NCBI RefSeq assembly: GCF_006345805.1
Contig: NC_043001.1
Coordinates: 77,128,001 to 77,192,000 of the forward strand
DNA: 64,000 nt
Reading direction: 5' to 3'
Source of the DNA: Octopus sinensis
Lineage: Eukaryota
Shown here: positions 25,575 through 39,244 of the stretch, in pieces
Layout of the letters: each line of letters starts with the position of its first letter
Numbering within the stretch: the stretch's first letter is position 1
Made by a program: the position numbers and the translations under genes
Notes under the pieces: generated by a model
The model's database searches: none
The model's input: only the letters and a program-made list of their open reading frames with translations
What the model was told of the DNA's origin: nothing

Positions 25575-26330
25575 GGTGTTGCCAAGATTAACAGGGTATC
25601 CTTGCTAAACTTCACAATGTGGTGGTGTTAAACCTAGCAAGGTACTGTTGCTAATCCTAGCATATATATATATATAATATATATATATATATACGCACAC
25701 ACACACATTTATATACATACATATATATATATATATATATATTATACACCTTCGTTTTGAGAGCCCCAATACTTTATTATCTCCCCTTCTTTCTACCTCT
25801 CCTGTGAAATCTTTTTCTCCCCAACCTATGGCCATGCTTGATTGCTAAATCCACAGGTTTTTTAATATTCTCTCTCTGTTTATTTTCTCTTATTTCTTTC
25901 TGTTGAAGAGTGTAGGCTCAAAACGTAAAAGATTTTCTCGCTTTCCCAAGTGCCAAAACCTAGCATGGTGGTATTGCTAAAGCTAGATAGATGTTGTTGC
26001 TAAAGTTAGCAAGGTTTTGTTGATAAATGTAGCAATGTGTTGTTGCTAAACTGAGCAAGGTGGTGCTACTAAACCTAGTAGGAAGGTGTTGTTGTTAATC
26101 CTTGCATGATAATGTTGCTAAACCTAGCAAGGTGTTGTTGCAAAATCTAGAAGATGCTACGACTAAGCATAGCAAGGTAATGTTGCTAAAATGAGTAAGG
26201 TGCTGTTGCTAAACCCAGCAAAGTGGCATTGCTAAAATTAGCAAGGTGTTGTTGCTAAACCTATGAAGGTTCTACTGCTAAGCCTGGAAATGTGTTGCTC
26301 AACCTAATAGTGTAGTGTAGTATTGTTAGA
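25575..26330. repeat. Degenerate 23-bp minisatellite (AAGGTGTTGTTGCTAAACCTAGC), interrupted at about 25660-25957
   Basis: About 15-20 diverged units. Confidence 0.8.
25745..25957 (+). mobile_element. Penelope-like element terminal-repeat remnant with a degenerate hammerhead motif at 25895-25932
   Basis: Homologous to 27395-27480, which follows a GIY-YIG fragment. Motif: TCTTT-CTGTTGA-A-GAGT-GTAG-GCTC-AAAAC-GTA-AAAGA. Confidence 0.65.
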
Positions 26331-26869
26331 TCTAATTGAAGGGTGTTACTAAAACCAGCAATTGTTAGGCTGTCTACCTGTTGGTTTATGAAATTCCCCC
26401 CACCCATTATAGCTCATAAATTCATGTTATAACTCCCATCATAGATTAGTCACTTATCCTGCTCCAATGAACCAATATGATATTTACCCTATATTTAGTT
26501 ATTTTTCTCATGTGTTTAGTTATATGATTATCATGTATTAACCATTAAGTATGAATTGGGACTTTTTATATAGAAAATCATAACTGAGCGAGTTTTGATT
26601 TTATTAGCCTTACAGATTAGAAATATCAGTTCCTGTCATTAGTTCTTCATTTTTGTTCTGGTAGATTGTTTCCTTTGAATTGTCTGTGATTATAAGCAAT
26701 GGGAACATAGGATTGAAAATTACAATGCTGAACTGAAATAGTTTTACAAGTTTAGGGAAAATAAAAGGAAATCTTTCTTAAGTATCTTCTCTAAACCCTT
26801 TAGCATTCAAATTACTCTGACAAATGTAAAGTATATTTATTCATATTATTTTGACTTAATCATAGCTGG

Positions 26870-27519
26870 CTTGTTCCACTGTTCCCGCCCCTGCTGCCGC
26901 ACCATCCTTACAGGCATTCATCATCATCCCTATCATCACCAACTCCTTTACCTGCACTTCTAGCAACATCATTTACTGCATCTCCTGCTCTTTCTGTCCT
27001 TCTCTGTACATTAGTCAAATGGGATGCCACTTGACTGACCAGTTCCTGGAGCACCTCCAAAACATCAGACTTGGCAATGACACCCTAATCTCATGCTATT
27101 TCCGCTCTACCGGTCGTTCACTACAATACCTGTCCGTGTTTGGATTGTCTTTGCACAGGAGCCATCCAGACTCCCACCTTCACCATGAACAGGAATTAAT
27201 CTTCTTCTCTCTTCACTCCTCTGTGTCACATGGGCCCAACTTCCCTCCCCTCTTCATTTGACTCCCCTCCTCTCCTTTCTTCATCTGACATCTACTTCCT
27301 CTCTTCACTCCTACCCACCTCTCCTCTCTTCTTCTGACACCTATTTCCTCTTTCCACTCTTACCCACCTTCTCTCTTCATTGACACATTTTATTCTCTCT
27401 GTTTATTTTCTCTTATTCCTTTCTGTTAAAGAGTGTAAGCTCAAAATGTAAAAAATTTTCTCACTTTCCCAAGCATCAAACTCATACACCTGCTTTTGTC
27501 TTGTTTTTCTGTAAATTTC

Positions 27520-27525
<6 letters not shown>
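26870..27525 (+). mobile_element. Penelope-like element (Neptune-type) 3' fragment with a GIY-YIG endonuclease remnant
   Basis: 26941-27261 reads NSFTCTSSNIIYCISCSFCPSLYISQMGCHLTDQFLEHLQNIRLGNDTLISCYFRSTGRSLQYLSVFGL (IIY..C-x2-C..YI(G>S)..H). An upstream Cys-rich stretch is in another frame. The element ends at (TA)n. Confidence 0.8.
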
Positions 27526-27555
<30 letters not shown>

Positions 27556-27564
27556 ATCTATGTG

Positions 27565-27945
27565 GAGGCACAATGGCCCAGTGGTTAGGGCAGTGGACTC
27601 GCAGTCATTGGATTGCAGTTTCAATCCCCAGGCTGGGCGTTGTGAGTGTTTATTGAGTAAAAACACTTAAAGCTCCATGAGGCTCCAGCAGGGGGTGGAG
27701 GCAAACCCTGCTGTACTCTTTCACCACAACTTTGTCTCACTCTTTCTTCCTGTTTCTGTTGTACCTGTATTTCGAAGGGCCAGCCTTGTCACACTCTGTG
27801 TCATGTTGAACCTCCCCGAGAACTCCATTAAGAGTACACATGTCTATGGAGTGCTCAGCCACTTTCTCGTTAATTTCCCGAGCAGTCTGTTCCGTTAATT
27901 GGATGAACAGGAACCCTTGTCGCCTTAACCAATGGAGTGCCATAG
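27565..27945 (+). mobile_element. tRNA-derived SINE (further family)
   Basis: Head GGAGGCACAATGGCCCAGTGGTTAGGG..TTTCAATCCC. A partial copy lies at 29215-29345. Confidence 0.7.
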
Positions 27946-27946
27946 C

Positions 27947-27991
<45 letters not shown>

Positions 27992-28124
27992 TATAATAAT
28001 ATATCATGATAATGTTTATTCTCTTATTTGAAGCGACAATTTTTAAATACAAACAATTGACAGAAAAATGATGAGCTAACCTCAGGCAGAATTGAACATA
28101 TATATATGTTATATATATGTATAT

Positions 28125-28159
<35 letters not shown>

Positions 28160-29877
28160 ATATATATATATATATAATCTAAATGGTAAAGACCCCCTTC
28201 GGTGAAGAATGATCATGGGATTGCACCTAGAAAGTTCCCCTCCGAGGCACAAGTCTGGCCAAGATCAGTAGTCAACCATGCATACCTCCTCCTCTCACCA
28301 CATCGCTGATGTTATCCAAGGAAAAGGCAAAAGCTTATACAACTTGGTACCAGTGATGTCGCAACTCATTTCTATAGCTGAGTGAATTGGAGTAACGTGA
28401 AATAAAATGTCTTGCTCATGAATGCATCACACAGCCTGGCTCAGGAATTGAACTCTTTACTTCATGATTATGAGCCCAACGCTCTTTCCACTGATACATA
28501 TATAAATAAATATATATGTCTCTCACACACACTTTTACCTAGAATAAGTGTCAGATACATGGAGGTTTTTAACTCATTTTGGCATATTAACACACTTAGA
28601 TTTGTTATTGATAAAAGTTCTCTGACCTTTTTTGATAACCTATTTAATGTACTTAAGTAATTGAAGAAGTTGGCTGGGGACATAAGTTACAAAACATTGA
28701 TCGATTATCTAATTGTTTTTTTTCTTTAACCTAAAGTTGATCCCAGTTCAGCACACTCATCATGAAACGCATTTCCACATTGAGACCCCCTTCGGTCATG
28801 AATGACCATGGGATTGCACCTAGAAAGTTACCCTCCCAGGCACAAGTCCGGGCAATGATGTTTATGGAAGACCTGCAGTCGCCCATGCATATCAGCCTCC
28901 CCTCCCCATGCCACCAATGTTATCTAATGGAAAGGCAAAGATCAATACAGCTTGGCACCTGTGATGTTGCAACTCATTTCTACAGCTGAGTGAACTGGAG
29001 CAACGTGAAATAAAATGTCTTGCTCAAGAACACAACATGCAGCCTGGTCCAGGATTCGAGCTCACAACCTCACGATCATAAGCTCAACGCTCTAAGCATT
29101 GAGCCATGCACCTTCACATGCGCATTTCTACATTGACAATCTGATATTATATTAAATAAAATATAATATATTATATGAAATATAATTATATTATATACCT
29201 ATATATATATATATGGAGGCACAATGTACAATGGCCCAGTAGTTAGGGCAGTGGACTCACAGTCATAGGATCGTGGTTTCAATTCCCACACAGGGCGTTG
29301 TGAGTGTTTATTGAGTGAAAACACCTAAAGCTCCATGAGAACTCCTACAATTGCTGGCATTGTGCCAAAATTTGAAACAATTATATCAATTATCTAACTT
29401 GTCCCTCCTTTTTAGGCCTTGAAGATTTAAGCCTTAAGAGTTGTTTCTTTCAGTTTTCACAAGATTTCTTGTGAAAAGACAGTATGATGTGTCTTGAGGG
29501 AGATTTAACTGCTATTATTAGCTGGTTGAGCTGCTGTGTAGAGACTTTTACATTGGCTTGCATATCTAGTAACACACATCATATTTGATTTCTTATGAGA
29601 GACCCGAAAATATATGGCATGTTTTAATTTTGGCAGTCCATGTCATGACCCCATAATTTCCTACTAATCTAAACTTTGACTTGTTTTCATAAGATTCTGA
29701 CTGATTTCCAAGAGGCATTTTAAGGTGTAAGCTGGGGAAATTGCCATCAAATATATGTAGAATATTGAATATAATATATAGTTTATTAAATGCACTATAT
29801 ATATATATATACGTACATGCCATGGAACATGGTACATATGATATGTGGTATATCAGATGTAGTATCTGATATATTGT

Positions 29878-30285
29878 TTTACTTGTTTCAGTCATTTCAC
29901 TGCAGTCATGCTGGAGCACCACCTTGGAGGGTATTTTAGTTGAACAAATTGACCCCAACACATTTTTAAAACCTAATACTGATTCTGTTGGTATCTTTTG
30001 CTGAACCACTAAGTTACGGGTATGTAAACACACCAACACTGGTTGTCAAGCGGTGATTGGGGGACAAACACAGACACAAAGACACACACACATAGATATA
30101 TACATACACATATATATATATATATATACAACTGGCTTCTTTCAGTTTCTGTCTATGAAATTCACTCACAAGGATTTGGTTGGTCTGAGGTTATAGTAGA
30201 AGACACTTGCCCAAGGTGCCATGCAGTGGGACTGAACCTGAAACCATGTGGCTGGGAAGAAAATTCCTTACCACACAGCATGCAT
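29878..30285 (-). mobile_element. Family A CORE-type SINE
   Basis: Collinear with 11463-11868. Confidence 0.8.
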
Positions 30286-33200
30286 CAAACACAGTGTATA
30301 ATATATATCTAGCATATCAAATACAGTTTATAAAGCCATTTCCTCCCCCTTCTGGTCCTTTTGTGACGTCACTTTTCCTCCCTTCTGGTCGCTCATCCTT
30401 CCTCCACATATACTAATGTATCAGCTCCAGCATTCAGTCCTCAGAAGAGAAGTTGGTACGAAAACTAAATTCGACTATTTTCAAATTTGGTTTACACATC
30501 TCTCCTCACTCTATAGCCATGAATTTTGGGTAATGACTGAAAGAGTATGATCATGAATACAAGCAGCTAAAATGGTGGGATGTTCCTCTGAAGGTAAAAA
30601 AGGTAAAATTACCTTTTTGAGTTATACTGATTCATAAGGGCCAGTTTCTCGGTTTCCATGATGTATATATTCTCCACCTGGATGGGACACCTGTCAATCA
30701 CAGGGTTTACTCATTTTTGCCAGCTGAGTGGACTGGAGCAAAATGAAATGAAGTGTTTTGCTCAAGAACACAACACATCAAGAACACATGGCGAGCTGGC
30801 AGAAACGTTAGCATGCTGGGCGAAATGCTTAACAGTATTTCGTCTGCCATTACATTCTGATTTCAAATTCAGCCGAGGTAGACTTTGCCTTTCATCCTTT
30901 CAGGGTTGATAAATTAAATACCAGTTACGCACTGCGGTCGATATAATCGACTTAATCCCCTTGTCTGTCCTTGTTTGTCTCCTCTATGTTTATCCCCTTG
31001 TGGGCAGTAAAGAAATAAGAAAACAACACATTATCCTGTCCAAAAATCAAAATCACAATCTTACAATCATGAGTTCAACACCCTAACCACTAAGCCATGT
31101 GCCTCCAAATTCCTCTCAAGGCTCTTTGGATTAATGTTATTTGAGAGATGAGGGAGTCTCTTCAGGTCAAGCTGTTACTTTGCTGCACTGTGGAGGCACA
31201 TGGCTTAGTGGTTTGGGTGATGGACTCACGATTGTAAGATGCAGTTTCAATTCCTGGACTGGGCAATGCATTGAGTTCTTGAGCACAACACTTCATTTCA
31301 CATTGCTCCAGTCCACTCATCTAACAAGAATGAATAATCAAGGTGGTGAGCTGGCAGAAACGTTAGCATGCTGGACAAAATGCTTAGCGGTATTTTGTCT
31401 GCTGTTATATTCTGAGTTCAAATTCCGCCAAGGTTGAATTTGCCTTTCATCCTTTCGGGGGTCAATAAATTAAGTACCAGTTATGCTCTGGGGTTGATGT
31501 AATCGACTTAATCTCTTTGTTTGTCCCCTCTATGTTTAGCCCCTTGTGGGCAATAAAGAAATAAGAATGAATAATCCTGTGACAGATTGGTATCCCATCC
31601 AGGTGGGAAATAGATTCATCATGAAACTGAGAAACCAGCCCTTACGAGTCAGCATGACTTGAGAAAGAAACTTTATCTTTTGTGGAGGCATGTGGCTTAG
31701 TGGTTAGGGTGTTGGACTCATGATTGTAAAATTGTGGTTTCAATTCCTGGACCAGGCGATGCTTTGTGTTCTTGAGTAAAACACTTTATTTGATGTTGCT
31801 TCAGTCCACTCGGCTGGCAAAAACGAATAATACTGTGACTGACTGGCGTCCCACCCAGGTGGGGAATATATATGCCATGAAACTGGGAAAGCAACCCTTA
31901 TGAATCAGTATGACTTGAGAAAGAGACTTTACCTTTAAATCATCATCATCTTCATCATCATTGTTTAACGTCCGTTTTCCATGCTAGCATGGGTTGGGCG
32001 GTTCAACCGGGGTCTGGGAAGCCAGGGGGCTGCATCAGGCTCCAGTCTGATCTGGCAGTGTTTCTACAGCTGGATACCCTTCCTAACGCCAACCACTCCA
32101 TGAGTGTAGTGGGTGCTTTTTACGTGCCAGGGGAGGCTGGCAATGGCCACGATCGGATGGTGCTTTTTATGTACCACCAGCATGGAAGCCAGTCAAGGCG
32201 GCACTGGCATCAGCCATGTCGGATAGTGCTTTTTACGTGCCACTGGCACAGGTATCACAACTACAATTTCCATTTGATTTTTTGATGTTGATGTACTTGA
32301 CTCAATAGGTCTCATTTACCTTTTTTTGCTGCACTGTGAAGTCACAGCTCCAGTATTACACACATATGATTAGAATGTTGCAGGGAGATTCTTGAAACTG
32401 AACCAACTAGCAGGAGACCTAGTGGTTAACCAAAAAGGAGATGGTTAGATAATAACCATAGTTTCACAGTTGGTCACTCTTGAGGATCCAGCTGGAAAGT
32501 GTAATGGCAGTTGCTTCTGATAGGACCTTATGGAGGAGGTGATTTAGAGTTCTATCCCTGTGACATTCCCAGGAATACTAAATGGAGGACATTGATGGAT
32601 GAATGAAAAAACTTGACAGAAACATTTAAAAAACACAGAAGTGAATATCATAGTCTGTGATTTTGGTAGATGGTTACAAATATTTTGGCAGGGTATTTTT
32701 GATGCCCCTGATTCCAGAAGTTGAAAGGTAAAGTCAACGTCAGCAGGAACTGATCTCAGAGAATGTAGAGACATGTTATTGAATGCTTCAAAATATTTTG
32801 TGTGTTTGTCAATACTGGAGCCTACATGTAGTTCTTTGACCTGCTAGAAATAACAGCTAAATCGCCCCCTCCTCAATCCATATTGCACTGATTCATTTTA
32901 ACAAAAAGTAAGACGCATTGATATAGTCTTGAATATTTGTTTAAAAAAAAAACACAATGACACCGAATGGTTATGGCTGGAAAACCTTTGATTATTGTTG
33001 TGATAAGACTAAAATAGGTCAGTCCTGATTGTGCAAACAATCAATATTATTTACTGACAGTATACTAACATGATCCACAACAATGTGTCTATATGTATGT
33101 ATGTATGTGTGTGTAGGCACATATGTATGTGTGTATATGTGTGGTTATATAGTTTCTTTTCTGCTCTTCAATTAATGTTTACTAAGTCTTGCCCAGTGAC

Positions 33201-33740
33201 AATCTTATACACAAACACATACATGTTTACTTTTACACGTGTACTTCTTCACACACTTGTACACACTTATGCCCACACATACACAATTATACTCACACAC
33301 ACAGACTTATATATGCACATACACACACACACACACACACACTTATACATGCACACAAATGTTGGCTTCATTTTTATTTATATATTATCATAATTTACTC
33401 TCTTGTGACAAACTTATACACAAACTTACATGCATGCTTTTATACATCCAAATTTCTATGCATGCATACTTCTGCATGCATGCATGCACACATGCATACA
33501 AATATGTGCTTCTTTCAGTTTTGGTCTACCAAATCTACTTATAAGGCTTTTGTCTGCCTGAGACTATAATAAAAAAGAAAAACTTGCCCAAGGTGCCACA
33601 CAGTGGGACTGAACCTGAAGTCACGTGGTTGGGAAACAAACATCTTATCACACAGTCACACCTCCATCTAAGAGATTTTTCAGTCCTCATCCAATCAAAA
33701 GCAATATATTGACATTTTATGGATAAAAAATATCTTTTTT

Positions 33741-34040
33741 GTTTTTGGATTTGGTTTGCAAGATTCTTTATATGAGTTTGTGTGTTGAAGCATATTCTGT
33801 TGTGTCTGGGGAAAGTCATTTTCCGTTTTTTTGCCTTATAATGTAACACACTCACTGGTAAAATTTCCACTTATTTCTTATTTTTATATTCCTAAAATTT
33901 TTGTTGCGTCTTATTGAAAAGGTTGCAAGACGCAACGAAAATTTTAGAAAATAAAAATAAGAAATAAGTGGAAATTTTACCGGTGAGTGCGTTACATTAT
34001 AAGGCACAAAAAGAAAATGACTCTCCCCAGACACAACAGA
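33741..34040. repeat. Foldback element (arms about 117 bp)
   Basis: 33796-33912 is the reverse complement of 33927-34040. Same family as 40735-41075, with a partial copy at about 36440-36560. Confidence 0.9.
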
Positions 34041-34249
34041 AAATATTTTTTGTTTGTTTGTTATTATATCCATCTCCAATGCCATCCCAGCTTTTCTCTC
34101 AGAATGGAGCATTAGTTATTTAGTCCCAGGTCAGTCCTGATTGAGTTGACTTATGATGAAAAGATGTTCCAGCTGTGATCATCCTGTCATTTCGTATAGT
34201 TGAGAGTACATTAGCTTAGCTGTCCTTTCTAAAACAGCAAGTTGTGACA

Positions 34250-34650
34250 AGTAATTTGAAGTAGATTAGGCTGCTATTTCTAGCAGTTTGACGAACCACA
34301 TAGAGACCCAAAGTGTAATTTGAAAGAGATTTGGCTTCTATTTCTAACTGGTTGGTGGAACAGAACCCAAGGGTGTGAGTTGAATGAGATTTGGTTGCTA
34401 TTTCTAGCAAGTTGATGAATCACATTTGAAGGAGATTTGGTTGCTATTTCTAGCAAGTTGATGAATCACATTTGAAGGAGATTTAGCTGCTATCTATTTC
34501 TTGTAGGTTGAGGGACTACACAGAGGACCCAGGTTATGATTTGAAGGAAATTTGGCTGCTATTTTTAGCAGGTTGATGGGCCACAAAATGATCCAGGTGT
34601 GATTTGAATGAGATTAGGCTGCTATTTTTAGCAGGTTGATAGACTGCAAA
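34250..34650. repeat. Degenerate tandem repeat, core ATTTGAAGGAGATTTGGCTGCTATTTCTAGCAGGTTGA, period about 46-65 bp
   Basis: About 8 units. Single copies of the core occur near 29500 and, reversed, near 32835. Confidence 0.8.
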
Positions 34651-35445
34651 AGAGACGCACGGTTTGATTAAAGTTGTGTGGGATGTTGTTTTGAGTCACA
34701 GGTTTCTCCTTGTTCTTATTAGCTTGTTGGTTACCAAGCAACTAAGGACTTCTGTGTCTGTGCAAGTGCTGTGTGCGTGGATGGTCTCTTTGTTGCTAGG
34801 TTACCAAAACTTTAGCCCAATCTTTTTCGGTGAACGACTTTTCTTTCATCATGTTTAATCATCACTCATTATGCATCCATTACTTCTCCTTCACTTTTGC
34901 TTAATCACTCATTCTCTCCCTCTCTCTTTCATTTTTTCACTCGTCCTTTCAGACCTATGTTCACTCATTCATTTACAAGCGCACGCACACACACACACAC
35001 ACACTCACACAACACATACAGACATACAAATACACACATACACACAAACATGCATATAGAAACACACACATAAATGCACACATTCACACACACACCCATA
35101 CACACATATGTGTGGATATGCTGCGGGTTGTGAATACACTGTCTTCAGCAATCTATGATACCACTACTGCTGCTACTGCTACTGCTACTACCACCACCAC
35201 CACCACCACCACCCCCACCACCATCCCCACCATTACTACAACTATCATTACCATCATTGTCTGATCTATACAAGCATGGAATAATGGACATTAAAACAAT
35301 AATGATGATGATGACGATGATACTCACACAAGTGCACACACACACATACACATACACACATGCACATATAGTTATTCTTGTCTACACTTATATATTTATA
35401 CTCAGATGCATCTACATATACATTTACTTTTAATCATACATGAAC

Positions 35446-35479
<34 letters not shown>

Positions 35480-35654
35480 TCATGATCCCCGCCCACTCAT
35501 ACACATATGCACACACTTATACACATGCATTCACATATGCACAAGCAATTTTATGTAAACCCTACACCCCTGACACCCTCTGAAATGTATACCTACCTGA
35601 GATTATAGTTGTATCATTATGTGTGTAATAAATTGTTTGTATAGATTGTTTACA

Positions 35655-35732
35655 TAGTTCTACTATAGCTTCGGGCCAACCAAAGCATTGTGAGTGGATT
35701 TGGTAGACGGAAACTGAAAGAAGCCTGTCATA

Positions 35733-35797
<65 letters not shown>

Positions 35798-35985
35798 TTG
35801 TGTGTCTGTGTTTGTCCCCCCCCCACACACATCGCTTGACAACCGATGGTGGTGTGTTTACGTCCCCGTCACTTAGCAGTTCAGCAAAAGAGCCCGACAG
35901 AATAAGTCCTGGGGTCAATTTGCTTGACTAAAGGCAGTGCTCCAGCATGGCCATAGTCAAATGACTGAAACAAGTAAAAGAATAA
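35655..35985 (+). mobile_element. Family A CORE-type SINE (5'-truncated)
   Basis: CORE 3' part, microsatellite and tail are present. Confidence 0.8.
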
Positions 35986-36692
35986 AGAGAGGATGGGAAC
36001 AGGGTGTGATTGTCTGTCAGATGGATTGCCCTTCTAATATTAAGGTTCAATTTAAGGCAGTGAACTGGGAGAATCAATAGCATGCCAGGCGAAATGCTTA
36101 GCAGCATTTCATCTGTCTTTATGTTCTGAGTCAACTCTGCCATTCTTCCTTTTGGGGTTGATAAAATAAGTACCTGTTGAGCACCGGGGTTGACATAATC
36201 AACATGTCCCCTCCCTTGAACTTGCTGGCTTGTGCCAAAATTGGAAATCCATATTAAGGTCCAGCTTTTCTACATTGTATTGTGCTGACCCTTCTTGTCC
36301 CCAATATGAATGTACTCTTATCTATGAAATGGTTAGTATGTTGCATGTTAATGTGACGGTAGTCTGGTTGATCAAACAACTGGATTACTTATCATTGCTA
36401 ACTCATAGAGCTTCATTATTTATATTAAGGTTACTTACCATTTCTTGTGTCTGGGGAGAGTCATATTACCTTGATATATTTAACACACTCACCAGTTCGA
36501 TTTCCACTCATTTATTTTTGTCTGTTTGTTCCAAAAAGCCTTTTCATTGCCTTTTCAACCTTATCAATGAATATTGACTCTGTCCGTTATCAAAGCTGTG
36601 TGCCTTTTGTCTGTTTGAGATTTTGTTGCATGCGTGTGTGCTTGTGTATGCACACATGTAAGTATGTGTGTATGTACGTCTGTATGTACTTA

Positions 36693-36888
36693 CCATATTT
36701 TCCAGCATACAAGTTAATGTTGTACATAGTGTAAATATGTGGGGCAAACATTTAAGTCATTGTCACTATGTTTTCAAATATTATTGCATATCACACAGAA
36801 CTTTTGGTCATCCAAAGCTGACTTGGTGTATAAGTCAACTGACTAGTTTTTTGGCCTGAAAATTATGACTTTTATGCCAGAAAATACA
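36693..36888. mobile_element. Old pogo/Tigger-type MITE
   Basis: TA|CCATATTTTCCAGCATACAAG...CTTTTATGCCAGAAAATACAA|TA; terminal inverted repeats match at 15 of 21 positions. Confidence 0.5.
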
Positions 36889-39244
36889 ATATTTATTGGT
36901 GAACAGTCATTGGCATTGGAGAACTCAAAGATTAAAATTGGAGGAAAGGAAGCTATTTGAAAACTGGAAAAAAGTTTCTTGTATCATGATTTGTGCTGAG
37001 TATCAAAATGCTAACATTATGGACAGCTGCAATGGACACTACAAAGTTGTGACCAGCAGGAAGCTGGACTTCAACTCCACACTTTTGAACAGGGTTTTAG
37101 GCTCAATTCAGACAGCTATGTGAAGCTGTTAGAGACTGGTCAATCCCTAACGAGAGAGGGTTGTTACTGGAAAGCCATATCTGTGGAAGTAGGATTTGGC
37201 TCCATGTTAAACCACTAGAAAGAGTCAGAACTGGTTGTCATAGAATTTCTATGGCTTTACCAGCCCTGATAGCTGACCTCCTGATTCCTCTAATTGTAAT
37301 CCCTTGTGGGGTCACCAAATAGTTCACAAGACATGACCCCCTCAACAGAATGGCAATGTGGCGTTAAAGGAGGTAAAAGTATGATAGGACAGAAGCAGGT
37401 GCCTTACCAAAGAGGAGATACATAGTTTCTCCAGCTGGAAGGAGAGAGAGAAAGATGGTGAAGGTGTACTTCAAGACATGAAGCGAGTATAAGAGTGGGT
37501 ATAGGGTTTGAGAAATAGAAAGACTGGATGGATAGGTAGGTTTGCATGAGTGTAAAAGGACTGTGATAGATGGTTAGAGATAGTTATTGAGGTGGACACA
37601 GTGAATGTTTTAATGTTTATTACTATCAATAAGGTGATGAGCTGGCAGAATTGTTAGTAGGCCAGGCAAAATGTTTAGTGTCATTCATGTTCCGAGTTCA
37701 AATTCTGCCACGGTCAACCTTGACATTCATCCTTTTGGGGTCGATAAAATAAGTACTAGCTGAAAACTGGGGTCAATGCGATTGACTCATCCCTACCCCA
37801 AAATTGCTGCCCTTGTGGTGAAATCTGAAATCCTTATTATTATTATTGTTATTATTATTATTGATAAGGCAGTGGACTAGCAGAATCGTTACCACGCTAG
37901 GCAAAATACTTAGTGGTATTTCATTTGTTTTTACATTCCAAGTTCAAATTCCTCTGAGGCTGACTTTGTCTTTCATACCGTTTGGGGTTGAAAAAATAAG
38001 TATCAGTTGAGCACTGGGGTAGACGTAATCAATTTTACCTCTCCCATAAATTGCTGGCCTTGTGTCAGAATTTGAAACCAGTATTCATTTCCAGCATTGG
38101 TGAAGGGATTTAAAATTAGGGGATGGCCCCCGCAGGACTCGTCTGCTATACATTTTATTGACCCCCAGAATGATAAAAGGCACAAGTCATGACTAGATCT
38201 TGTGAGATGTTTTTGAATCACATTGAAAATTCTTTCTTCACCTGTTGAACATAATTTAAATAAAGTTTATCCTTCCCCCTGTAAATTGGGATCAGAGTTT
38301 GGGTAAAGGTGAAACCAAGGCCCACCTTCCTTTCCCACAGTTCCATGCATCTATTATACTTTTCTGTTGTGTTTTTCAAAAATCAAGACAGTTAAGTGGC
38401 ATGTGGGGTGAGATCTGTTTTATTGAAAAAGACCGCCCAACTATTACTTGATGTACTGGTTATACCTATGTTTATATGTTTAATAAAATTGTATTTGCTT
38501 TCACTGTGTCAGCGCTATTTGTAACCCAAATGATTTCTTAACAGGAACATCAAAACCTATTTAAAGAATGTTAAATATGAATTCTCTCCCTCTGTTCTCC
38601 TCTCTTTCTCCCCCACTCCCTGTTTATGTATATATACATGCATACATATATGTGTGTGTGTTACTCATTCATGCAAAGAGTAAATCTTATGGGAATGTGT
38701 CTGTGTGAATAGCATGTCAAGTATTTATTGCCTGCCTGTCCTTGAATGTATGCATGTATTCATATATAGATATGCATGTGTGTGTGTATATTATATTGTA
38801 GGTGTAGTTGTGGCAAGCTTCCATCCCAACCTATTTACTACTGGGTTCAGTCCGACTGCGTGGCACCTTGGGCATGTGTCAAGATGATCTGGTTCCTGAC
38901 TGAAGATTAGAGGCTTCGAATGACCTGTCTGTTTTTTTGTGTCGTCTCTTTGTGTAGTTTGCGTTCTTGTCCCCTTTTGTACATTTTATATATAAGTTTT
39001 ATACATATATTATTGTGGCGTAACGTACCCCTTTCTCCTATGTATGCACATTCTACTATATACTTGGGGCGACCAAAGCTCTGTGTGTGTGTATTGTATA
39101 TATTGCACTTTAAGTTCAGTGTGTGTGTGTGTTAAATACTGTATTTCAGAATGTGTGTACATATTGTATAGTGTGTTTTTAAATTGTATATATTGTATGT
39201 CAATCTTGTTTTAAAATTTACGCAGTTTTTATCCCAATTTTTAA

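Noticed and set aside
27565-27640. tRNA genes at SINE heads (many copies)
   Set aside because: Only A-box-like and B-box-like segments remain. There is no complete cloverleaf, and each head continues into a SINE body.
34250-34650. CRISPR-like repeat-spacer pattern (also 870-1500 and 6870-7790)
   Set aside because: The spacers are related to each other or are pure (TA)n, the context is eukaryotic, and there are no cas genes.
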